The position numbers and the translations under genes were made by a program. The notes under the pieces are model-generated. The model worked only from the letters and a program-made list of their open reading frames with translations, ran no database searches and had not been told where the DNA came from. Shown piece by piece: positions 1-6,794 of a DNA stretch of 24,000 nt. Numbering within the stretch: position 1 is the stretch's first letter; every line of letters starts with the position of its first letter. The DNA is from Tahibacter aquaticus (GTDB lineage: Bacteria; Pseudomonadota; Gammaproteobacteria; Xanthomonadales; Rhodanobacteraceae): NCBI RefSeq assembly GCF_004363655.1, contig NZ_SNZH01000019.1, positions 1 to 24,000 of the forward strand, in the 5' to 3' direction.

Positions 1-44
1 GCACGCTCGCGCACTTCCTTCGGAAAATTTGCTGACTTGCTCAT
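1..44 (-). CDS. First 14 codons of an IS3-family OrfA-like transposase (partial, continues off window)
   Basis: ATG at 44-42 lies shortly after GGAG. The translation MSKSANFPKEVRERA resembles the HTH start (..FPxExRERAV..) of IS3-family OrfA proteins. It is absent from the ORF track because the window edge truncates it. Confidence 0.35.
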   Translation of the reverse strand, partial: MSKSANFPKEVRER

Positions 45-94
45 TGCTCCATCCTCTCAAGAGATGGAGTCTCCGGGGAAGCCGGGGCGGTTCA
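1..94 (-). mobile_element. Partial IS3-family-like insertion sequence: left terminus only, body lies beyond window start
   Basis: The minus strand from 94 reads TGAACCGCCCCGGCTTCCCCGGAGACTCC, a TG-initiated terminus as in IS3-family inverted repeats. It is followed by SD GAGAGGATGGAG and an ATG at 44. The family call rests on ~90 bp only, so it is tentative. Confidence 0.4.
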
Positions 95-532
95 CAACCT
101 CACGTCAAAGAGGCTCAGCGTTTCTCTAATCTGATGCGTGATACGCCTATCCGACTCGGATGGCTCACATACACCGCTCGGATGGTTGTGCGCCACAATG
201 ACTGCTGCGGCGTTATGCAGTAGCGCATATCGTGCAATGACACGCGGATGTACGGCGCAGCCATCAATCGATCCGCGAAACAGGATTTCGCACGCGATGA
301 CCCGGTGTCGACTGTCCAGGAATACACACGCGAATAGCTCCTCCGGGTTGCCGAGCAGTCGCAGCATGAGTAGCTCGCGTGCGGCACGCGGATCTCGTAC
401 ATGGAGCCGTCCGCTCAATCGCCGCTGAGCGATGCTCCGGGCCTCTGCCAGTATCCGTTCCTCGTAGTCGGTCTCGAACTCTTCCGGGAAAACCACGCGG
501 TGCCACAAAAGCCCTGCGGGATTGTCGAGCAT
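92..532 (-). CDS. radC: RadC-like JAB/MPN domain protein, apparently 3'-truncated by the adjacent IS terminus
   Basis: Part of track ORF 92..874. The realistic start is ATG at 532, preceded by GGAGG with a 6-nt spacer; the upstream extension is Arg/Ser-rich junk. The JAB motif VIVAHNHPSGVCEPSESD is present. The protein stops at ..LFDVRL*, where RadC-like proteins normally continue ~20-25 aa (LDHxxV..). The TGA stop (94-92) is the first three bases of the IS3-like end. Confidence 0.85.
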   Translation of the reverse strand: MLDNPAGLLWHRVVFPEEFETDYEERILAEARSIAQRRLSGRLHVRDPRAARELLMLRLLGNPEELFACVFLDSRHRVIACEILFRGSIDGCAVHPRVIARYALLHNAAAVIVAHNHPSGVCEPSESDRRITHQIRETLSLFDVRL

Positions 533-740
533 GTTTCGCCTCCAGCCCCGCGTCGCGGGGCATCTGTGGGATGCCCCACGCCGGGATGGCGCGGGAAAAG
601 TGAACTTTGTTTCGACAATATTTCTAGCAGCAACGATCTGCGGCTTCAATCCCACTGTGTAGGTAGTGAACTCCCGGCGCACGTAGCGCGCACCGCATGG
701 CTGCGGGGGATTTTCACAGGCGACTGCGCGAAAGTGATCG

Positions 741-810
741 CGTGATGACCTGGCGACCGTGCTGCGTGATGACCAGGAAGAAAAGTCGCCGTGATGACCT
801 CGGCCATCAC
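741..810. repeat. Three direct copies of CGTGATGACC at 24-25 bp spacing plus an imperfect palindrome, upstream of radC (possible operator/iteron-like sites)
   Basis: CGTGATGACC occurs at 741-750, 765-774 and 790-799. GTGATGACCtcGGCCATCAC at 791-810 is an imperfect palindrome. The region lies in the intergenic gap between the ankyrin gene stop (916) and the radC start (532). Confidence 0.6.
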
Positions 811-915
811 GGGACTGGCACGCTCTTTTATCCCGAGAAAGCAGCGCGTGGCATAGCCGCGCGCTGGCCGTCACTGTCAGCTTGCGCCGCCAGTGACGGC
901 CTCCAAGACAATCGG

Positions 916-2397
916 TCAGCGCGACTTCTCCAACTGGGTACGCGCCGCTACGGCCAGCATTCGTCGGATTTCCGGATCTTCGGCGTAGTCGAGCAGGTGC
1001 CGCATTGAGCCGCTATCTATTGCGTTCACATCGGCACCCTTGTCGATAAGCAGTTGCACGACATCAGCATGACCATTCTGCGTGGCAAGCAATATCGCCG
1101 GCCCGCTTCCATGCTGGCCGTTCAGTGTCGTGTACGAGTAGAAGCCACCGCTTGGGTCAAAGCCATGCTCGACGGCATGGCGCACAATCTCTGTACTGCC
1201 GACAGCGGCAGCGATAGCAAGGATGCTACCCATGACCTTGCCTCGACCTCGCTCGCCGCGAATCGCCGCGTTCATCTGATGCACAGCTGAATCCGGCGGC
1301 CCTTCTTCGATCACGAAGCAGCTATCGCCTTGCGAGAAGAAGCCGCCGTCGATCAGCATTTTCGCCTGAGATATTGTCTGCTGGTCATTGGGTGCTGAAC
1401 GGATAGTCTTCGACACTGCCAAGCACAGCTCGTCGTACTTTGTCCCAGCAGCCGCTTCCAGTCGCCGCAGGGGTTCGAAGGGTGATTTTGCAATGCCGCC
1501 TGACTGCGCCTCCAACCACGAGGCCACTTCGAGCTTTCCCTGGGCCTTTGCGCAATCCTGTGGCTTGAACCCTTGATCGTTCAGGCGGCCCACATTCGCG
1601 CCGTGGCTTGCGAGCAGCTTGACCGTTTCCATGCGACCGGCGCAGGCAGCGAGGAACAACGGAGTTGAATCATGCTCTGCCAGCACATCGACCGGCGTTC
1701 CAAGCCTGATCAGTTCGGCCGCGCTATCGGCTGCGCCTTGTAAGGCGGCAAAGTGAAGCAGCGTCATCTCTCGCGGGCCGGCAAGGAGGTGCCACGGTGT
1801 GCGGTTCCCGAAGCGTTTCTCGTACTCCATCCGATTCAAAAGGTCTTTCGGGCGATTGTTCGAGATGCTCTCGACCACGCCGTTGAACGTCATCTCAGTA
1901 GCGGGATCGGTTATACGCTCCCCACGGCTTTCGCCCTGCCCGCCTTGTCCATCGTCGCTAGCCGCGTCCTGGGCCGTGATGGCAAGGCCTGTGATGCGAT
2001 ATGGCCCAGTATCGGAAACTACAACGCGCTCATTTGCTGTGAGGTTCCCGTACTCGACTGCGATCTTGTCGGTGGGACTCCATGACTTTACGTCCGCGCG
2101 CTTGAATCCACCCGCTGCCTCCTCGAAGTCCCTCATGGCAGCTATCCAGGCCTGTCTGTCGTAGTACCCGCGATAACCCTCGCTTGTCATGTCGTACGCG
2201 GCGGCGTAGTCGCCCTTCGAGCGGTATTCGTAGAACTGAGCCACCGTTGACTGTGGTGTGTCTGCGCTTTCCTTGGCGGTCGATGCTGCCGGCTTGTTGC
2301 TGGCGGCAGCAGTACTCGCGGCTTGGTCTGCGTCTTTCGAACAGCCGGCCACCGTCGCCGCCAGGAGCAAAACGCCGAGGACGTTGGAAATCTTCAT
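916..2397 (-). CDS. Lipoprotein with N-terminal small globular domain and multiple ankyrin repeats
   Basis: The 493-aa ORF has SD GAGAAAGG upstream. Its signal peptide ends in a lipobox (MKISNVLGVLLLAATVAGC|S). ANK repeat signatures are present: TPLFLAACAGRMETVKLLASHGANV, LHFAALQGAADSAAELIRLGTPVD, LLATQNGHADVVQLLIDKGADVNAID. Confidence 0.85.
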   Translation of the reverse strand: MKISNVLGVLLLAATVAGCSKDADQAASTAAASNKPAASTAKESADTPQSTVAQFYEYRSKGDYAAAYDMTSEGYRGYYDRQAWIAAMRDFEEAAGGFKRADVKSWSPTDKIAVEYGNLTANERVVVSDTGPYRITGLAITAQDAASDDGQGGQGESRGERITDPATEMTFNGVVESISNNRPKDLLNRMEYEKRFGNRTPWHLLAGPREMTLLHFAALQGAADSAAELIRLGTPVDVLAEHDSTPLFLAACAGRMETVKLLASHGANVGRLNDQGFKPQDCAKAQGKLEVASWLEAQSGGIAKSPFEPLRRLEAAAGTKYDELCLAVSKTIRSAPNDQQTISQAKMLIDGGFFSQGDSCFVIEEGPPDSAVHQMNAAIRGERGRGKVMGSILAIAAAVGSTEIVRHAVEHGFDPSGGFYSYTTLNGQHGSGPAILLATQNGHADVVQLLIDKGADVNAIDSGSMRHLLDYAEDPEIRRMLAVAARTQLEKSR

Positions 2398-2643
2398 ATG
2401 CCTTTCTCATTCGTCGGATGAGGGACAGCCGCCCGGTGACGCACCCGCGCCGGCGGTCTGTGGCGGCAGACGGAGCGGGGCGCGGCCAGGTTCGCCCTCC
2501 CGCTCCATTGGACAGGCCGTCCGGTTCGGCCTTTCCGCCCTGGCCAAGTCTTGCTATGCCATACCCAAGTGTCAAGCTGTGCCGTACGACAGTAGTGTGG
2601 AACTTCCATACCTTGCGGACAGGTACGTCGCGCAAGGTGCGGT

Positions 2644-2943
2644 ATGAAACGGTTTGGGGATCGGCTGAGGGAGGCGCGCATCGCAGCCGGCATGACGCAG
2701 GAGCAGCTCGGCTTCGAACTCGGCGTCACAAAATCATCGGTATCGGCCTGGGAGAACGGGCGCGAGACGCCCGGCTTCAGGCTGCTCGATACCCTGCGCC
2801 AAGCAGTCGGCCGATCACTCGATGAACTGATATGCGGCGCACCAGCCATCGCGAACATGGACGGGTCGAAAGACGCCCCTGGCGTTGACCCTGCGGCTAT
2901 TGTCACCGACCGCCCCCATGGAGCCATTCCAGGATCGCCGTAA
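2644..2943 (+). CDS. XRE-family helix-turn-helix regulator, disrupted: native sequence to 2900, then reads into the IS21-family element
   Basis: HTH_3-type N-terminus: MKRFGDRLREARIAAGMTQEQLGFELGVTKSSVSAWENG. From 2901 the ORF tail (..VTDRPHGAIPGSP*) is encoded by the IS inverted repeat. Confidence 0.85.
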   Translation: MKRFGDRLREARIAAGMTQEQLGFELGVTKSSVSAWENGRETPGFRLLDTLRQAVGRSLDELICGAPAIANMDGSKDAPGVDPAAIVTDRPHGAIPGSP

Positions 2944-3051
2944 TGGAGCCAGGTGCTGACCGGGGTAATGGAGCCAGCGAATGATCGGGCTATTGGAGCC
3001 AGCCGATGATCGCCGCAATGGAGCCAGCCGAGGATCGGGCTAAAGGCGCCA
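2918..3051 (+). repeat. Six subterminal direct repeats (~25-bp period, core AATGGAGCCA) in the IS21 left end; likely transposase-binding sites
   Basis: Core copies start at 2918, 2942, 2967, 2992, 3017 and 3042, the last being degenerate (AAAGGCGCCA). Only two inverted copies (TGGCTCCATT at 5557-5566 and 5581-5590) occur at the right end. Confidence 0.8.
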
Positions 3052-3122
3052 GCTGATGCCCTGAACGGGCTCTCGAACTCCCATTCACCGCTACCCTCCG
3101 GGCCTTTTGCCTGGGGGGAGCG

Positions 3123-4664
3123 ATGAGCAACCGGAGATTCGAGATGTATGAGTACCGACAGGTCCTGGTGCGATTGCGCCAGGGCGACTCCGATCGCGAT
3201 GTCGCGCGATCCCGTCTGATGGGGCGACGCAAGGTCGCCGAGGTTCGGCAGCAGGCTACCTCGCAGGGGTGGCTGGATGCCCAGCAGCCTCTGCCCGATG
3301 ATGCGGCCCTGGCTGCTGTGTTCAGCGACGCGCCGCGCACGCCGACCGCCGTATCAACGCTGGAACCCTGGCGAGAGCAGATCGTCACGTGGGTCGACGC
3401 GGGCGTGCAGGGCACGACGATCCACGCCACGCTCAGGCGCAACCACGGCTACACCGGCAGCTATTCCGCGGTCCGCCGTTTTGTTCAGCACATGGCCGCG
3501 CAGCGACCGCTGGTGACGACGATGCGGTTGACGTTCTTGCCGGCGGAGGCGGCACAGGTGGACTTCGGCGCTGGGCCGACGATCGTGGACGTGCACACCG
3601 GTGAGGTGATGAAGACGTGGATCTTCGTCATGACATTGGCGTTCTCGCGCCACCAGTACGCCGAGGTGGTGCGCGACCAGACGGTGGCCACATGGCTGGC
3701 CTGCCACCGCCGCGCCTTCGAGCACTTCGGCGGCGTGCCCGAGCGCATCATCATCGACAATCCCAAGTGCGCCATCACGCGGGCATCGGTCACCGATCCG
3801 GTCGTGCAGCGTGCGTATGCCCAGTGTGCGGAAGGCTATGGTTTTCGCATCAGTGCGTGCCCACCGGCAGACCCGCAGAAGAAGGGCATTGTCGAGTCCG
3901 GCGTCAAGTACATAAAACGTTCATTTGTTCCATTACGTACATTCCGCGACGTGCCCGATGCCAATCGCCAGCTGCTGGAATGGGTGTTCTCCGATGCTGG
4001 CACACGCTGCCACGGTACGACACGGGAGCAGCCACTGCGCGTCTTTGCGCAGACCGAACAGGCGCTGCTCAAACCGTTGCCCGACGTACCGCCGGAGCTG
4101 GCGGTATGGGCTCAGGTCAGTGTCCATCGTGACGCGCATGTGCAGTTCGAGAAGGTGCTGTACTCGGTGCCGTTCCGGCTCATGGGGCAGCGCCTGTGGC
4201 TCAAGGCCACGGCGAGCTTGGTCACCTGCTACCGCGAGCACGAGCTTGTCGCCACGCACCCGCGCCACTCGCGCCCCGGCGCGCGCAGCACGGTCCGCGA
4301 TCATCTGCCGCCCGAGGCGTTGGCGTGGTCGCTCGCCGATCCGCAGTACTGCCTGCAGGAAGCCCAACGGATCGGACCGTCGTGTTTGAAGCTCATCACG
4401 CGCCTGTTCGCTGATCGGGTCATGGACAACCTGCGAGCGGCGCAAGGCGTGATCCGTCTGGCCAAAGCCCACGGCCCGGCACGTCTGGAAGTGGCTTGTC
4501 AGCGCGCCATGAGCTTCGACTCGCCACGCTATCGCACCGTCAAGACCATCCTTGCCAATGGACTCGATCAGGCGGCGCAAGCCGACGCCTTCGACGCCAT
4601 GGCAGAGACCTATGTTCACGGCGGCCGGTTCTGCCGCCAGAACGATACCGGTCGGCGGCACTGA
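3123..4664 (+). CDS. istA: IS21-family transposase IstA
   Basis: The 513-aa product has an N-terminal HTH region and DDE-type motifs in IS21 order: QVDFG, IIIDNPKCAI, PQKKGIVESGVKYIK. It sits inside the inverted repeats, upstream of istB. Confidence 0.95.
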   Translation: MSNRRFEMYEYRQVLVRLRQGDSDRDVARSRLMGRRKVAEVRQQATSQGWLDAQQPLPDDAALAAVFSDAPRTPTAVSTLEPWREQIVTWVDAGVQGTTIHATLRRNHGYTGSYSAVRRFVQHMAAQRPLVTTMRLTFLPAEAAQVDFGAGPTIVDVHTGEVMKTWIFVMTLAFSRHQYAEVVRDQTVATWLACHRRAFEHFGGVPERIIIDNPKCAITRASVTDPVVQRAYAQCAEGYGFRISACPPADPQKKGIVESGVKYIKRSFVPLRTFRDVPDANRQLLEWVFSDAGTRCHGTTREQPLRVFAQTEQALLKPLPDVPPELAVWAQVSVHRDAHVQFEKVLYSVPFRLMGQRLWLKATASLVTCYREHELVATHPRHSRPGARSTVRDHLPPEALAWSLADPQYCLQEAQRIGPSCLKLITRLFADRVMDNLRAAQGVIRLAKAHGPARLEVACQRAMSFDSPRYRTVKTILANGLDQAAQADAFDAMAETYVHGGRFCRQNDTGRRH

Positions 4665-4733
4665 CAATAACCAACAAAGATTTATTGCAATCTGTTCACC
4701 TATATACACAAACTTATTGAAGGAATTGACACC

Positions 4734-5522
4734 ATGAACCCGATCCCACAGCTCAACCCCGCTCTCAAGCAACTGCGCCTGTCCGGCATCCTCGACTCCC
4801 TCGAAGCCCGTAACCGCCAGGCCGTCAGCGAACACCTCGCCTATACCGACTTCCTTGCCTTGCTCATCCACGACGAGATCGCACGGCGTGACCAGAAGAA
4901 ACTCGCCTTGCGTCTACGCCGCGCAAGCTTCCGCGCCGAGAAAACCCTCGATGGCTTCGACTTCGACCGAATCCCCTCGCTCAATCGCGCTCAGATCCAC
5001 GACCTGGCCACCGGTCGCTATCTCACCGAACGAGCGCCGGTTCTCATCGTCGGCCCCTGCGGCACCGGCAAAAGTCATCTCGCCCAGGCACTCGGCCACG
5101 CCGCCGCTCGCCACGGCCACGATGTGCTCTTCACCACACAGACCCAGCTCACCGGCACCCTGCACAAGGCGCGCGCCATCGGAACCTACGAACGGCGATT
5201 GCAGCAGCTGGCCAAGCTCGACCTCCTCATCATTGATGATTTTGGTCTCAAACCCCTGCGCACACCCCACGACGAAGATCTCCACGAACTCATCGCCGAA
5301 CGCTACGAGCGCAACTCCACCATCGTCACCAGCAACCTCGACTTCGACGAATGGCACGACGCCTTTCCCGCCAACCGCATCCTCGCCGAGGCCACCATCG
5401 ACCGCCTACGTCACGGCGCCTACCGCATCGTGCTCGACGGCGATTCCTACCGGGCTCCGCGTGATGCCAAATCCGCCCCGAAACCCCCTCTTGCCAAAGC
5501 CCCGAAATCCCCCGCATCCTGA
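4734..5522 (+). CDS. istB: IS21-family ATP-binding helper protein IstB
   Basis: The 262-aa product carries Walker A GPCGTGKSHLAQALG and Walker B DLLIIDDFG. SD GAAGGA lies 8 nt upstream of the ATG. Confidence 0.95.
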   Translation: MNPIPQLNPALKQLRLSGILDSLEARNRQAVSEHLAYTDFLALLIHDEIARRDQKKLALRLRRASFRAEKTLDGFDFDRIPSLNRAQIHDLATGRYLTERAPVLIVGPCGTGKSHLAQALGHAAARHGHDVLFTTQTQLTGTLHKARAIGTYERRLQQLAKLDLLIIDDFGLKPLRTPHDEDLHELIAERYERNSTIVTSNLDFDEWHDAFPANRILAEATIDRLRHGAYRIVLDGDSYRAPRDAKSAPKPPLAKAPKSPAS

Positions 5523-5606
5523 CCCTGTTCGAGAGCCCTTTTTAGGGCACTTCTACTGGCTCCATTAGCCCGATCTTGGGTGGCTCCATTAGGGCGGTCG
5601 GTGACA

Positions 5607-5708
5607 GCTATTGCGCGCAACCCCGACGAGCGCGCGCTGCTCGTGCACTACCGCCGTCTTCCGGCCAGCAAGCGTGGCGCGTGGCTGGAGCTGATCCGGC
5701 GCGAATAG
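5607..5708 (+). pseudogene. 3' fragment of the IS-split XRE regulator gene
   Basis: Reading GCT ATT GCG CGC.. from the duplicated GCTAT gives AIARNPDERALLVHYRRLPASKRGAWLELIRRE* (stop 5706-5708). This is in frame with 2644..2900 once the IS and one target duplication are removed. Confidence 0.8.
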
Positions 5709-5789
5709 CCTCGAAACACGCGAGACGCCTCCGCAGCAAAACTCGTCAACTCTGCTCGCCTAACGTGGAGTGAGAGGTTCGGCGCGCTC

Positions 5790-6794
5790 GTGACACCTGC
5801 CTTCCCAATGCTCGGGTACTACACCGGCGAGCTTCGGGGAATGGCAATGTGGAAACGCTGGAGAACCTGGGTAATGCTTGCCCTGTTGGTCTTGCTGAAC
5901 ATTGCGGCCTGGGACATACGGACTGCACCTCAGCAGCATGCAGGAGTGATCCCGCTGTATCAGCACCAGCAGGATGGTGTCACTCAGTACACCGACCTAA
6001 AGCCCGATAGCTTCTATTATCGAAGCATCTGGTACTCCTGGGCTGTTGCCCTGTTCACCGGTTTCGTATTGCCCTTCATTGTGGCTTACCTTCTGCCGTG
6101 GCTGTGGCACCGAAGGAAGCACCTCATGCGAGGTATTTGGCGCGCTTTGGACAGCAGGAAAAAAAGGGCCCTTGCCACCTGCGTTGTTCTGTTTGTTGTA
6201 CTCAACATTCTTGCTTGGGACATAAAAACTTCGCCCTTTGAAGTTGCCGGGCCCATCACGCTCTACCAACACAAGATGGAGGCAGACGGCACGGCACCGT
6301 ACACGCAGCTATGGCCAAGTAAAATAGTTTACCAAAATCCTTGGCTTACTTATGGTTGGGCGATCTTCGTTGGCTTTGTCTTGCCGTTCGCACCCGTCGT
6401 CTTGCCTTGGCTATGGCGACGGTTCCGGCATGGCCCCGGTCGATCAACCTCAAGCTCTCTACAGGGAAGCAAAGTGGGGGCCGCCCTGGGCACCTTGACC
6501 CTGCTCATAGCCTTCAATGTCCTAGCTTGGAACTGGGCCGAATCCAGCGAGAAGGGCAAGTTGCTCATCGTGCTGGAAGAGCGGGTAGCTCGTGAAAATG
6601 TAGGGTTTCAGAGGTACGACGCTACGTACTACTCTGGCATCGCCCCAGGAATCCGCTTTCCCGACGTGGGCACCTCTGTGCTCGCCTCGTTCTTCGTCGG
6701 CGAAATCCTGCCTTTCCTGCTTGCCATCGCGCTGTTTCGACGCCGACAGCCGCCGGCCCTTCCGCTGCCCCCTGTCGCGGGAGCACCGCGATGA
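5790..6794 (+). CDS. Integral membrane protein, three tandem two-TM modules (6 TM); family not recognised
   Basis: 334-aa ORF with a GTG start at 5790 (GAGAGG ~12 nt upstream); alternative ATG starts at 5808 or 5841 are possible. Six hydrophobic helices carry the repeated motifs LNIAAWD/LNILAWD/FNVLAWN and GFVLPF/GFVLPF/GEILPF. The stop overlaps the next gene's start (ATGA at 6791-6794). Confidence 0.8.
   Translation: MTPAFPMLGYYTGELRGMAMWKRWRTWVMLALLVLLNIAAWDIRTAPQQHAGVIPLYQHQQDGVTQYTDLKPDSFYYRSIWYSWAVALFTGFVLPFIVAYLLPWLWHRRKHLMRGIWRALDSRKKRALATCVVLFVVLNILAWDIKTSPFEVAGPITLYQHKMEADGTAPYTQLWPSKIVYQNPWLTYGWAIFVGFVLPFAPVVLPWLWRRFRHGPGRSTSSSLQGSKVGAALGTLTLLIAFNVLAWNWAESSEKGKLLIVLEERVARENVGFQRYDATYYSGIAPGIRFPDVGTSVLASFFVGEILPFLLAIALFRRRQPPALPLPPVAGAPR

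Larger units (their letters stand above)
2901..5606 (+). mobile_element. Complete IS21-family insertion sequence (istA + istB), 2,706 bp
   Basis: The 26-bp terminal inverted repeats match at 24/26 positions: TGTCACCGACCGCCCccATGGAGCCA at 2901-2926 versus the reverse complement of 5581-5606. A 5-bp direct target duplication GCTAT sits at 2896-2900 and 5607-5611. Multiple subterminal TGGAGCCA repeats are present. Removing the element and one GCTAT restores an in-frame 117-aa XRE ORF. Confidence 0.93.

Noticed and set aside
533-874. N-terminal 114-aa extension of the radC ORF (track ORF 92..874)
   Set aside because: The extension is Arg/Ser-rich and covers the repeat and hairpin-rich intergenic DNA. 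The ATG at 532 has a good GGAGG SD and gives a normal RadC-like N-terminus.
2030-2927. 201-aa, 213-aa, 129-aa and 177-aa ORFs around the ankyrin/XRE divergent region
   Set aside because: They overlap the well-supported ankyrin lipoprotein and XRE frames or the intergenic region. They are Arg-rich, junk-like translations.
2918-3051. Regularly spaced ~25-bp repeats that could superficially suggest a CRISPR-like array
   Set aside because: The period is far too short, there are no unique spacers, and inverted copies occur at the other IS end. These are IS21-type subterminal repeats.
3933-4871. 312-aa minus-strand ORF inside the IS21-family element
   Set aside because: It is antisense to istA and istB, which are clearly the real genes. 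No motifs were found, so it is a GC-driven open frame.
5576-5773. 65-aa plus-strand ORF just after the IS21 right end
   Set aside because: It is in the wrong frame. The meaningful reading here is the XRE 3' fragment (5607..5708), which joins in frame to 2644..2900.
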